From an uncultured bacterium (GTDB lineage Bacteria > Planctomycetota > UBA1135 > GCA-002686595): DNA of 64,000 nucleotides. The notes beneath the pieces were generated by a model. It did not search any database. It was not told the DNA's origin and worked only from the letters and a program-made list of their open reading frames with translations. The stretch is taken from contig CALSNU010000007.1 of NCBI GenBank assembly GCA_943787795.1, positions 113,046 through 177,045 of the forward strand, given 5' to 3'. Numbering within the stretch: position 1 is the stretch's first letter; every line of letters begins with the position of its first letter. Of this stretch, positions 18,454 to 28,509 are shown one piece after another. Made by a program: the position numbers and the translations under genes.

Positions 18454-21273
18454 ATGAACATGGAATCGAACGACGACCGGACGGGCGCCGACGGGGCGCA
18501 GCGCGATCACCAGCACGAGCTGCTCTGCAAGCTCGTCTTCGGCGAGGCCAGCGACGCGGAGCGCGCCGAGATCGAGGAGGCCCTGGCGGCCTCCGAGCAC
18601 CTCCGCGAGCAGCGAGCAGAGCTGGAGGCCACGGTCCAACTGGTGGCCGGCGTCCGGGGCTCGGCGACGAGCTCCGCGAGCGAGACGCTCTCCGCTGACC
18701 GCCACGCGGCGATCCTCGAGGCGGCGACCCCGCCGGGCAAGACCCTGGGCGGTGAGGCCTGGTTCCGGCGTCCGGCCGCGCGGGTGGCCGCCGCGGTCAC
18801 GCTCCTGGTGGGGATGGGCGTCGCGGTCATGGAGATCAGGCAAGACCCCTGGGTCGCCCACGACCAGAGCGTCACGGCGAGCGCCGAGGTGCCGCAGGAC
18901 GCTCGGACGGACGCGGAGCCCGCGATGAAGCGGTCCTCCGAGGAGCTCCTCGCCGGGTACGGATACAGCGGGAACGCCTCAGGCGGGCTCCCGCCGGCTG
19001 ACTTCGGGGTCGAGGTCGCCCAGGGAGCGGTTCTCCTGGGGGCTGCAACGGAGAACCGCCGCGGTGCCGGCGGCGGTGGCGGAGTCACCGGTTCGGACAC
19101 CCGCTTCGACTGGCAGCAAGGTGCCCCCACGGTCGAGTCCACCATGGTGGGGGAGAGGCCCGCAGCTGGAGGTGGATTACCGCGGCCTTGGAGCGCCCGC
19201 TCCGCCCGTGGAGAGCGAGGCGCTCAAGTCGCTCGGCTATGGAGGGAGCGGTGAGACCGTTCCGCCTGGCGGCGGTGGTGGCGGCGGCGGTTCCTCCTCC
19301 CCTGGCCCGTCCGGTCCCTCCTCCCCCGGGGCCCCCTTGGGGGCTGTGGCTGGTGGGCCCTCGTCACCGGGCCCCGTGGGCCCCGCGGGGACCGTTCTGC
19401 CCGGGATCCCCCACGCGGGCGCCATGATCATCAAGAAGGCGCCTGGCGAGGCGGCCGGGTCCCCAGCGGCTGGCTCCGAGCCACCCGCGCTGTCGGGGGA
19501 GACCAGCGTGGTTCCGCCGACGGAGAGGCTTCGGCGCCGGAGTCCCGGGTCTTGCTGTCGACGCACGATCGGCCGCCGACCTGGGGTTGGACCGTCACCT
19601 CTCTCGGCAGGAGCGCTGCTCCTCGGGTGATTTCTGCCGCGGAAGGGGCGCCATGGTGCCGGCCTGAGGAGGCGGTCAGCGTCGCCCCGTGGCGGGGGGC
19701 TGGGCGACTGCCTCCCCGAGCCGCTCGACCGGGTGAGAGCCCGCGGGACATGTACTTCCGCTTCTGGGGGGACAACCCCTTCGTCCCCACCCGCCAGGAC
19801 GGCCTCTCGACCTTCGCCGCGGACGTGGACACGGCCAGCTACGGCCTCGCGCGGCGGATGCTGCGGGAGGGCTTCCTGCCGCCCCGCGAGCAGGTCCGGA
19901 CCGAGGAGTTCGTCAACGCCGCGAAGCCCGACCTCGCCGCTCCGGAAGACGGGGCCTTCGCCCTCCACGCCGAGCTCGCGCCTTCGCCCTTCGGGGGGCG
20001 GGAGGACCGCTGGCTCCTGCGCCTGGGCGTGCGCGCCCGGGAGGTCGACCGCGACGCGCGGCCGCCCCTGGCGCTGACCTTCGTGGTCGACACCTCGGGC
20101 TCCATGCGCCAGGGGAACCGCCTCGAGCTCGTGAAGCACGCGATCCGCCTCCTGGTGGGGGAGCTGGACAGCCGCGACTCCATCGCCATCGTGCGCTTCT
20201 CCAAGGAGGCCACTGAGGCGCTGCCCCCCACTTCGGCGACGTCCCGTGACGCCATCGAGACGGCGCTCTTCTCCCTGCAACCCGGCGGCGGCACCAACGC
20301 CGAGGCCGGCCTGGAGCTGGGCTACTCCCTCGCCTCCATGACGCTCATGGAGGGGGTGCAGACCCGCGTGGTCTTCCTCTCCGACGGCGTCGCCAACCTG
20401 GGCGAGACGGACCAGAAGCGCCTCGCCGACGAGGTCGCCGACAGCGTGGGCCGCGGCATCTTCCTGAACACCATCGGCGTCGGGATGGCGAACCACAACG
20501 ACGTGTTCCTCGAGCAGCTCGCGGACCGCGGTCAGGGCGTGTGCGACTACGTGGGCGACGCCGCCGATGCCCGGCGCGCCATCGTCGAGCGCTTCGTCGG
20601 CAGCTTCGTCACCGTGGCCCGGGACGTGAAGATCCAGGTGGAGTTCGACCCGAACCAGGTCGTCCGCTGGCGTCAGCTCGGTTACGAGAACCGGGCGGTC
20701 GCGGACCGCGACTTCCGCAATGACGCCGTGGACGCGGGCGAGATCGGCGCGGGCCACCAGGTGACCTGCCTCTACGAGCTCGAGCTCCCCGGGGGCGAGG
20801 TCTCCCGCGAGGCTGCCCTCGCAAGGCTCCGGGTCCGCTGGAAGCCGGTGGTCTCCGGCGAGCAGCCGCGCGCCGTCGAGGCGCTCGAGCTGGAGCGGCC
20901 GGTGACCTACGAGGGCGCGGCCTGCGCCTCCTTCGACGCGGCGCCCCGAGGCTTCCGCCGCGCGGCTCTCGCCGCGCAGCTCGCCGAGTGCCTGCGCCGC
21001 TCCACCCACGCCCGAGGAGACTCTGTGGAGGCCGTGGGCAAGGCGATCGGGGCGCTCCTCGCCGAGGACCGCTCTGACGAGAGCGCCCAGCTGGCGGAGA
21101 TGGCCCAAGCGGCCATCCAGCTCGATCTCCAGAGCCAGATCCCGGCCGTGGGCCCGGACGACGGGGACGCCGCCCACCGCAAGGCCTACCTGGACGCCCT
21201 CATCCAGAGCCTGGGCGGCGACCCGGAGTCGGCGTCAGGCGAGGACCCGCTCTCCGAGATCCTGGGTCGTTGA
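18454..21273 (+). pseudogene. Anti-sigma-like N-terminus + TM + Gly/Pro linker + YfbK-type vWA domain; interrupted by frameshifts
   Basis: Frame 1: LVFGEAS..EIEEAL + TM. Frame 2: LKSLGYGG..VPPGGGG linker. Frame 1 again: STFAADVDTASY, VRTEEFVN, MIDAS DTSGSM, GGTN, LSDG, QLGYENR, DAGEIGAGH. Confidence 0.8.
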
Positions 21274-21449
21274 GCGCTGAAAGGGGCGAAGTCTCACTCC
21301 TGGACTCTCGGCGAGGCCCTCTCCCTTGAGGAGGAAGAGGCTCTCCTGGTGCCTGGAGGGCCCTTCAGGGGAGCGCAGGGCGTGAGGCCTCGGAGAGCCC
21401 CCGACCTTTCGGGGAAATGAGCGTGGAGGTAGGTTTATATCCTAGGGGT

Positions 21450-21570
21450 ATGTAGGTACTGTGTGGGTCCGAGATCTGCGCACCGGATGGCTGTAGCTAT
21501 CAGGAGTGCAGGGAAGGATGGAGAAGGAAGGCCGCCAGCGATCTTGTCGCGGGTGGCCTTTCTCCTTTTC
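21450..21570 (+). ncRNA. Candidate small RNA (hairpin + GGA-rich tract + intrinsic terminator)
   Basis: -10-like TATCCT at 21438-21443; hairpin 21476-21511 with G.U pairs on the + strand; terminator stem 21525-21563 followed by CCTTTTC. Confidence 0.45.
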
Positions 21571-21938
21571 AGGGTCCATGCGGGGCCTCGATCCGCTGGG
21601 AACGACGGCGGAGCCTCGCAGTGGGGCCCTGAGGTCCTTGAGCCCTCGAGCTTGGTGCCACGGCCGCGGCGGGTATCCAGCTCGCCCTGGCCCGTGCGGG
21701 CGCTTCCTGGTCACTGGACCGTCTCGGGCTTCGAGGTGGAGCCTCCCGCTCATGGCCGCGTCCGAGCGTCAGGGTCGATCCCAGGAGCAGGGTCTGCCCA
21801 GCGTCCAAGCTCGGACCAGGTATCAGCGGCCGACGAGGCGTCAATGTTTGGCCGAGACTCCGTGTGGACTCCCGTGTCGGTGTCCGACCTCGGGTCCCGA
21901 GCAGCGCCGGGTCCTGCCCGTCGTGGAGGGTCCCGTCC

Positions 21939-23276
21939 TCAGGGAGCGATGGTCCAGTCGGACCAGCCCGCGCCCGCCGTCTCGTGGAGGGTCACGGTGC
22001 CCGAGGCGGCATCGTAGGTCCACGCTGAGGTCGACACGCCCCGGCGGAGGACGTTCATGGGCGGCTGGGGGAATCCCATGAGGACGACGTCGGGCGTGGA
22101 GGTGTCGGTGACCTGGAGCACGACGCGGACGTCGGCGCTGCTGTCGAGGGCCATGTCGTCGAGGTGTGCGCCGATCGATTGGGCGTTGGCCATCTCGATC
22201 AGGTACAGCATGTTGCTGGTCGGCTGGCTGCTCCAGACCACCGGGGTGAACTGGCCTTGCTGGTCCTGGGTCACGTTGAGCTGATGCCAGCGGCCGTCGC
22301 GGTCGGCCACGGTCTGGACCACCTCACCGGGGGCGGGGAGCTGCGCCCGCTCTTGACCGAGCCAGTCCATCACCGCCACAGCGTCAAGGGTCTCCCACTC
22401 GTGCTGGTTGGACTGGACGATGTGCCGGGCGGAATCGGCGCCGTGAGAGAGCATCTGGGTGTGCAGTTGCTCGGTCTGCTCCACGATGTAGGGGTTGGGA
22501 TCGAAGTCGGCGTTCCAGTGTCGGGTGGGGACGTGGGAGAGGTTCGAGGCCATCTCTCCCTCGGAGATGAGCTGGCCGCTGAGGGCGTCGAGGTCGATCG
22601 TGGAGCTCCGCTGGTAGGCGAACGGATCCTCGGAGGGCGTCGCGCCGAACATCAGCGGGCTGCGGAACAGCATGGTGTCGTTGGACTGCTGATAAGTGGC
22701 GCGCAGGGAATTGGTCCCCGTGTGGTTCACCACCGCCGCGATTCGAAGGCCGGCGGGGTCCATGTGGCGAGCCGCGAAGCTGGCGGCCGCACCGCCGCCC
22801 ATGGAGAAGCCTGCGGCGTAGATCCGGTCGAGGTCGATGGGGAGCCTGGCGGACAGGAACTCGAAGGCGAGCTCGATATTCCGCTGGGAGTACTCGATGC
22901 CGTAGTTGTACTTGTGGGCGCCGAGGGGGATGAAGACGATGTAGCCGCGGGACATGGCCTCTCCGACCAGCGGCTTGGCGATGAGGTCCGAAGGTTCTTC
23001 CCCGTAGCCGTGGAAGAGCGTCAGCATCGGAGCGGGCCACACCACGGTGGAGGGGATCGCGAGGATGAACTCCTCTTGCCAGGCCTGGGTGGGCAGGTTG
23101 AGCGTCACGTTCAGCATGCGTGCGCCGACGAGGTTGGCCTGCATGGTCGGCGCAAAGGGCGTCACGGACAGGCCGCCGAGCGAGGCCTGCGTCGGGGCTC
23201 CCTGGTTCGAGGGGCTCTGGGCAGACGCGGGAGCGCCCTGGAATGCGGCAAGACTTAGAGCGAGAGCGAAGATCAT
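21939..23276 (-). CDS. Secreted alpha/beta hydrolase (esterase/PHB-depolymerase-like)
   Basis: Signal peptide MIFALALSLAAFQ, LFHGYG, IDLDRIYAAGFSMGG nucleophile elbow, HEW. Confidence 0.8.
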   Translation of the reverse strand: MIFALALSLAAFQGAPASAQSPSNQGAPTQASLGGLSVTPFAPTMQANLVGARMLNVTLNLPTQAWQEEFILAIPSTVVWPAPMLTLFHGYGEEPSDLIAKPLVGEAMSRGYIVFIPLGAHKYNYGIEYSQRNIELAFEFLSARLPIDLDRIYAAGFSMGGGAAASFAARHMDPAGLRIAAVVNHTGTNSLRATYQQSNDTMLFRSPLMFGATPSEDPFAYQRSSTIDLDALSGQLISEGEMASNLSHVPTRHWNADFDPNPYIVEQTEQLHTQMLSHGADSARHIVQSNQHEWETLDAVAVMDWLGQERAQLPAPGEVVQTVADRDGRWHQLNVTQDQQGQFTPVVWSSQPTSNMLYLIEMANAQSIGAHLDDMALDSSADVRVVLQVTDTSTPDVVLMGFPQPPMNVLRRGVSTSAWTYDAASGTVTLHETAGAGWSDWTIAP

Positions 23277-23387
23277 CGAGGCAGAATCGGTGCGGTGTGA
23301 CGGCGCGCGGAGCGGCGCAGCTTCCCCCACTGCAACCCCCTCCAAAGAAACCTATCCCGCCCATGAAGGGCGGCTTCGGAATCCCTG

Positions 23388-23783
23388 ATGACTCCCAGAA
23401 TGAACCCGATCGCCGCCACAGGAGCGACACTCTCGTGCCTCGGAGTGGGAATGGGAGCCTTCGGTGCCCATGGCCTCGAGTCCTTGCTGGAGGGTGCACC
23501 GGAGGCTGCGAAGCGGATGGCCTGGTGGACCACTGCCGGCGAATACCACCTGCTCCATGGGGTGGCGCTGATCGCAATCGGGGCGGCTGCCGGGAGGCGG
23601 GTCGGATTCGTCGCGCCGGTCTGGTGTCTCGTGCTGGGAACGGTCGTCTTCTCGGGCACGCTCTACGCCATGGCGCTGGGCGCACCTCGGATTCTGGGCG
23701 CGGTGACGCCTCTGGGGGGGCTCGCGCTCATGGTCGGATGGGCCTGGCTGGGGCTGCGGTTCATGAAGCCAGCGGACGCCTGA
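23388..23783 (+). CDS. DUF423 (YgdD/TMEM256) membrane protein
   Basis: GAFGAHGL, TAGEYHLLH, GTVVFSGTLY, GAVTPLGG. Confidence 0.92.
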   Translation: MTPRMNPIAATGATLSCLGVGMGAFGAHGLESLLEGAPEAAKRMAWWTTAGEYHLLHGVALIAIGAAAGRRVGFVAPVWCLVLGTVVFSGTLYAMALGAPRILGAVTPLGGLALMVGWAWLGLRFMKPADA

Positions 23784-23859
23784 GTCGCGAGCCGTCAGGC
23801 GGCTGCATCATCCCCTGCCCCAGCGGGGTGCGGATGGCTCGCACGTCAACCCACGGGGG

Positions 23860-24789
23860 TCAGTAGCGCGCCTGCTCGCGCGCCGCCGGGTCGGCGGCGT
23901 CCGACGCCGTGAGCTGGTCGTAGAGCGCGCTGAGGCGCAGCGTCAGCGGCCCTGGGGCCCCGAAGTGCACATCGTCGATGCTCTGAATCGGCACGACGCT
24001 TCGCACGGAGGTGGTCATGAAGGCCTCGTCGAAGCTTGGGAGGCTGCTGACGGGTACGAAGCGCTCGTGGACCGCGATTCCCGCGGCGCGAGCGAGGTCG
24101 AGCACGGCTCGTACCGTGACCCCCGGGAGGACGCCAGTGGGCGCGTGATAGACCTCGCCACCCTGTACAAGGACGAGGTTGCTCTGAGTTCCCTCGAGCA
24201 ACATCTGGTCCTCGGAGAGCATGACGTGCTCGTACGCCTCTGAGTCGCCGTGCGCGTTGATCCAGGCTTCTCTGAGGGGGATGAAGTCGGAGGTCTTCAC
24301 GGCCGGGTCAGGACGGCGCAGGCCCGGGGCGGTCCGGAGCCTCGCGCCGTGGGCCAGCACGTCCTCTGGAGTCCCGTGGTAGGCGCTGGCTGCGATCACG
24401 ATGTTGCTCTCGGCGCCGAAGGCAAGCGCGGGGCCCGACGCGACGTCGAGTCGCAGGCGTGCCTCGGCGTCGAAGGCGTGAGTCGCCTGACGGGCCGCTG
24501 ACTTGAGCGTGCGGACGAGCCGCTCCTCGTCGTAGCGCAGGGGCGTCTTGAAATGAGCGGCGGACTCCCGGAGCCGTGAGAGATGGGTCCGCAGGCCAAA
24601 GAAGCGGCTCCTCCCGAAGGTCCGCAATCCCTCGTACACGCCAGGAGGGATCACGTCGAGGGCCCGAGACGCTGTACCGAACGCCGCCGGGAAGTGGACG
24701 GCCGTGGCCCCGTCAGGGCCTCCGACGAAGAGGAGCTGATCCCGGGTGGTCTCAGCCGGCAGCATGGGGAGGGTGGCGCGATGGTGCAT
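23860..24789 (-). CDS. Aminotransferase class IV (IlvE/PabC/D-amino-acid aminotransferase-like)
   Basis: GVYEGLRT, HLSRLRESA, VKT (PLP Lys), EGTQSN, LPGVT, DEAFMTTS. Start 24789 or 24765. Confidence 0.88.
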   Translation of the reverse strand: MHHRATLPMLPAETTRDQLLFVGGPDGATAVHFPAAFGTASRALDVIPPGVYEGLRTFGRSRFFGLRTHLSRLRESAAHFKTPLRYDEERLVRTLKSAARQATHAFDAEARLRLDVASGPALAFGAESNIVIAASAYHGTPEDVLAHGARLRTAPGLRRPDPAVKTSDFIPLREAWINAHGDSEAYEHVMLSEDQMLLEGTQSNLVLVQGGEVYHAPTGVLPGVTVRAVLDLARAAGIAVHERFVPVSSLPSFDEAFMTTSVRSVVPIQSIDDVHFGAPGPLTLRLSALYDQLTASDAADPAAREQARY

Positions 24790-24900
24790 ATAGGGGACGT
24801 CCTGCTGTAGGGGGCTTGTGAGCCCGCGGACCGCCCCTATGATCCGCGCCCTGTGTTCGAACTGAAGCCTCATTCGGAGGTTCCCGATCAGCGCGCCTCC

Positions 24901-25533
24901 ATGCTCCCTGCCCGACTCCCCCAACTGGCTCTACTCGCCGTGGCGCTGTGCCTCGTGGGCTGTGCTGGACACGCGACGGACGCGGATTATCGGTTACCAC
25001 CGCGACTCGACGCCGAGCCGCTCGGCGGTGTGAAGCGCTCGCTGACCTACGGCGGTGACTGGGTGGGTGGCGCGCCCACCGACGGGTCTGTCGAGGCGAC
25101 GATCAACCTCGCGCGCCGTCGAGGCGTGGAGATGGTGGTGGACCTGAGGCGCGCCTCGGAGGCCAGCGGGCTCGTGGAGTCGATCGCGCGCGAGGCGGGC
25201 CTGGAGTTCGTCGCAGTGGACCCCACAGGTGACGAGTGCGCGGCTGGGGAGGCGTCGACCTCGGTCGAGGATCACGGCGTCCTCCTCGCGGACGGGGCGC
25301 TCGGACAGCTCCGGCGCATGCTCAACGCGCCTGCTCGACCCAGGGTCCTGATCCTCGACGACGACGGGACCCTGGCCGCGGTGATGTACGGCGTCTACCT
25401 CGCCCAGGACGTCGGACTTGAGGAGGGGGCTGTGATCGATGCCCTGCGGACGACCGGGCTCTCGAGCGAGGAGCTTCATGCGATCCTCAAGGCTGCTGCT
25501 GGGGGCGACAGCCCATCCCCTGGGGCAAATTAG
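24901..25533 (+). CDS. Lipoprotein with degenerate PTP/DUF442-like fold
   Basis: Lipobox LVGC; GGAP..ARRRGVEMVVDLR..E..AREAGLEFV..RPRVLILDDDGT..AL..GL pattern lacking CX5R. Confidence 0.55.
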   Translation: MLPARLPQLALLAVALCLVGCAGHATDADYRLPPRLDAEPLGGVKRSLTYGGDWVGGAPTDGSVEATINLARRRGVEMVVDLRRASEASGLVESIAREAGLEFVAVDPTGDECAAGEASTSVEDHGVLLADGALGQLRRMLNAPARPRVLILDDDGTLAAVMYGVYLAQDVGLEEGAVIDALRTTGLSSEELHAILKAAAGGDSPSPGAN

Positions 25534-25581
25534 AGCCCCTGGATCATCCGGCCCGACCCAGCGGCCGAACCGCCCAACACT

Positions 25582-26403
25582 GTGACCGACCGCGTTCTCT
25601 CCTTCTTACACGTCACGCTCCTGCTCTCGGTGGCAGCTCTGACCGTGGGAGGCCGGTCGCCAGACGACCCGTTTGACCACGCGCACGCTGGCCTTGGAGC
25701 TGTTCTTGACAGGGTGCTTGAGGAGGGGCTGGTGGACTACGCCGAGCTTCGTCGGTCACCTGAGGCCCTGGATAGCTACCTCGCTTCGCTCGCTGATGTG
25801 ACGCCGCGTGAGCTTGGGAGCTGGAGCCGCTCCGAGCGCTTCGCCTACTGGATCAACGCCTACAACGCCTTCACGCTCCAGCTGGTGAGGGACGAGGGGC
25901 CGGTCAAGAGCATCAAGAAGATCGGCGGCTGGTTCGGTTCACCCTGGAAGAAGCGCTTCATCCCGATGGCAGGCTTTGATCCGAAGGGCAAGGGACGCAA
26001 GCTCTGTCTGGACGACATCGAGCACGGGATCCTCCGGCCGCAGTTCGTCGACGCGCGGCTGCACGCGGCCGTCAACTGCGCGTCGCTGGGGTGCCCACCC
26101 CTGCGCGCAGAGCCTTACCGAGGTACCGTGCTCGACCGGCAGCTGAGGGACCAGGTCCGTAGCTGGCTAATGGACGCTGACCGGAACAACCTCAGGCAGG
26201 TCAAGGGCGCCATCCGGGTATCGAAGATCTTCGATTGGTTCGAGGAGGACTTCGGGGGTAAGGACGAGGCTGTCGTGAACTGGATCGCGGAGCAGCTCGG
26301 TGATCCCGAGCTTGCAGGCGCGCTCCGCCGCGCTTCTCCCGAGCTCAGGGTCCGCTACATGGACTACGACTGGGGCCTCAATGCGCTGCCCGAGCGGCGC
26401 TGA
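25582..26403 (+). CDS. DUF547 domain protein
   Basis: VDYA, AYWINAYNA, LDDIEHGILR, RLHAAVNCASLGCP, SKIFDWF, YDWGLN. Confidence 0.93.
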   Translation: MTDRVLSFLHVTLLLSVAALTVGGRSPDDPFDHAHAGLGAVLDRVLEEGLVDYAELRRSPEALDSYLASLADVTPRELGSWSRSERFAYWINAYNAFTLQLVRDEGPVKSIKKIGGWFGSPWKKRFIPMAGFDPKGKGRKLCLDDIEHGILRPQFVDARLHAAVNCASLGCPPLRAEPYRGTVLDRQLRDQVRSWLMDADRNNLRQVKGAIRVSKIFDWFEEDFGGKDEAVVNWIAEQLGDPELAGALRRASPELRVRYMDYDWGLNALPERR

Positions 26404-26483
26404 CGCCACCGACGAGCCGTCCTCCCCGGAACCACCCCGTCGGCCAGTATCGCCGCGCTCCATGGAGAGTATTCTCGCTCCCC

Positions 26484-27608
26484 ATGAAGCCAGCTCCGAC
26501 CACGTACTGGGACTACATCCGGGTTGAAGAACTCCTCTCGCTCCAGCAAGGGCTGGCCGCTGATGACGAGGAGATCTCGAACGAGGAGGCGTTGTTCGTC
26601 ACGGTCCACCAGGTCTACGAGCTCTGGTTCAAGCTCATCCTTCGCGACCTGCGGAGCGCCCGTGACTTGTTCATGTCACCCCGTGTCGCCGAGCAGGAGC
26701 TCTCAAGTGCCGTCGAGCGGCTCCGACGAATCGCGACGATCTTCAGGGTCGCCGTGGCGCACTTCGAGGTCGTCGAGACCATCTCCACGCGGTCCTATCT
26801 CGGGTTCCGCGACAAGCTCATGCCGGCGAGCGGGTTTCAGAGCGCACAGCTGCGTCAGATCGAGGTTCTGTTCGGCCTCGAGGAGGCCGATCGGATCCCC
26901 CTGGGGCCGCCGGGCAGTCACCTGGCAGCGCTCGAGAAGCCCGGAGGTGGGTCGAGCCCTGCACTGCGCCGGGTCGAGGAGACCATGGCCGACGGGCCCA
27001 ACCTCAAGGAGGCGATCGAGGCCTGGCTCGCCCGGACGCCCATCGATGCCACGCGGAACGCGAGCGGCGAGGTCGAGAGCGATGCGCTGGGGTTCGTCGA
27101 GCGGTACCTCGCCGCCCACCGCGAGGTCATCGGGCGTACTCGCGATCACGCCGGTGCCGTGGCCGCGGAGACCGGCCGGGACGTGAAGGTCGCCCAGGAA
27201 CGACTCGCTGCAAACTACGAGCGGGAACGCGCCTCCGTGGAGGAGTTCCTGGCTCCCGCCGACCCACAGGTCCGGGCGTCAACCGGGGTCGTTCGTGCTG
27301 CGCTGGTGTTCCTCGAGTCTTATCGTGAGCTGCCGCTGCTCGCGTGGCCGCGCGAGGTGCTCGCTGCTCTCCTCGAGGTCGAGCAGGGGTTTGTGATCTT
27401 CCGTCAGCGTCACGCGCGGATGGTGGAGCGCGTTATCGGGCGGCGAACCGGCACGGGCGGGAGCGCCGGCGTCGAGTATCTCGACAAGACCGCCGTCGAG
27501 TATCGGATCTTCAAGGACATCTGGGCCGTGCGAACGGTCCTGCTTCCCGTGGAGGATGTCCCCCCGCTCAGGGACCCAGCCTTCTACGGCTTCGGCGCTC
27601 TCGATTGA
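26484..27608 (+). CDS. kynA: Tryptophan 2,3-dioxygenase
   Basis: YWDYI..LLSLQ, HQVYELWFK, FRDKL.PASGFQS, RHARMVERVIG..GTGGSAG..YL. Confidence 0.95.
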   Translation: MKPAPTTYWDYIRVEELLSLQQGLAADDEEISNEEALFVTVHQVYELWFKLILRDLRSARDLFMSPRVAEQELSSAVERLRRIATIFRVAVAHFEVVETISTRSYLGFRDKLMPASGFQSAQLRQIEVLFGLEEADRIPLGPPGSHLAALEKPGGGSSPALRRVEETMADGPNLKEAIEAWLARTPIDATRNASGEVESDALGFVERYLAAHREVIGRTRDHAGAVAAETGRDVKVAQERLAANYERERASVEEFLAPADPQVRASTGVVRAALVFLESYRELPLLAWPREVLAALLEVEQGFVIFRQRHARMVERVIGRRTGTGGSAGVEYLDKTAVEYRIFKDIWAVRTVLLPVEDVPPLRDPAFYGFGALD

Positions 27609-27704
27609 GGACCCTGGCGCATCGGTCTAGCTCGAATCTGTGCTGAGCTTCACACTCCCTTGATGCTTCAGCCGCACATTGGGCTGCAGATCACCGAAGA
27701 TCCC

Positions 27705-28388
27705 ATGGGCAAAGAGACCATCCTTATCGTCGAAGACGACCCCGATATCGTCGAGCTCCTTGAGTACACCCTCGAGCGGGAGGGCTACTCCGTCCTGATC
27801 GCCCGCAACGGCGAAAAGGGGCTCTCCGAGGCCAAGCGGCGCAAACCGTCGATGGTCATCCTCGACCTGATGCTGCCGGGGCTGGACGGGCTCCAGGTCT
27901 GCCGGGCCATGAAGGAGGACGGCGGCACCAAGGCCATCCCCGTGATGATGCTCACGGCGCGGGGGGAGGAGAGCGACGTGATCGTGGGGCTTGAGTTTGG
28001 GGCCGATGACTACGTCCGCAAGCCGTTCAGCCCGAGGGAATTAATCGCGCGCATTCGGGCCGTCCTCCGCCGCGGCCGGCCTGCGGCCGAGGCGCGCCTT
28101 CGTATCGAGCTGGGCCCGGTGACGCTCGACAAGGAGCGCCATGAGGTCACGATCGACGACGCGGTCGTAGTCTTCACTCGTTCCGAGTTCCGGCTGCTCT
28201 GGCGCCTCGCCAAGTACCCAGGTCGGGTCTACACAAGGGACGAGCTCGTGGAGAGCCTCACTGATGGTGAAGCCGTGATCCTCGACCGGAATATCGACGT
28301 CCACGTGAGCGCGATCCGGAAGAAGCTGGGGCCCCACGGTGGCACGATCGTCACGGTTCGAGGCGTCGGCTACAAGGTGCTGGACTGA
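27705..28388 (+). CDS. phoB: OmpR/PhoB-family response regulator
   Basis: ILIVEDD, LDLMLPGLDG, LTARGEESD, GADDYVRKPF, winged helix TVRGVGY; paired with a PhoR-type kinase. Confidence 0.8.
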   Translation: MGKETILIVEDDPDIVELLEYTLEREGYSVLIARNGEKGLSEAKRRKPSMVILDLMLPGLDGLQVCRAMKEDGGTKAIPVMMLTARGEESDVIVGLEFGADDYVRKPFSPRELIARIRAVLRRGRPAAEARLRIELGPVTLDKERHEVTIDDAVVVFTRSEFRLLWRLAKYPGRVYTRDELVESLTDGEAVILDRNIDVHVSAIRKKLGPHGGTIVTVRGVGYKVLD

Positions 28389-28509
28389 GGCCTAAGGTCT
28401 GCCCTGCCCGTGGGACCGGGCGAGGTGATCCTCAGGGGGCGCGCCGCTCTGCTGGCACACGCCGAAGTCCTTCACCCTCCAGCGGCCCAGGCGGTAGCTT
28501 GTGATCGCG

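Noticed and set aside
19140..19740. Programmed frameshifting, phase variation or DGR variable region in the vWA gene
   Set aside because: No slippery heptamer, long homopolymer, template repeat or reverse transcriptase; clustered +1 indels including ridA fit sequencing error better.
27640..27700. Pho box upstream of phoB
   Set aside because: Only a weak CTTCAC/CTTGAT 11-bp periodicity; not enough to call.
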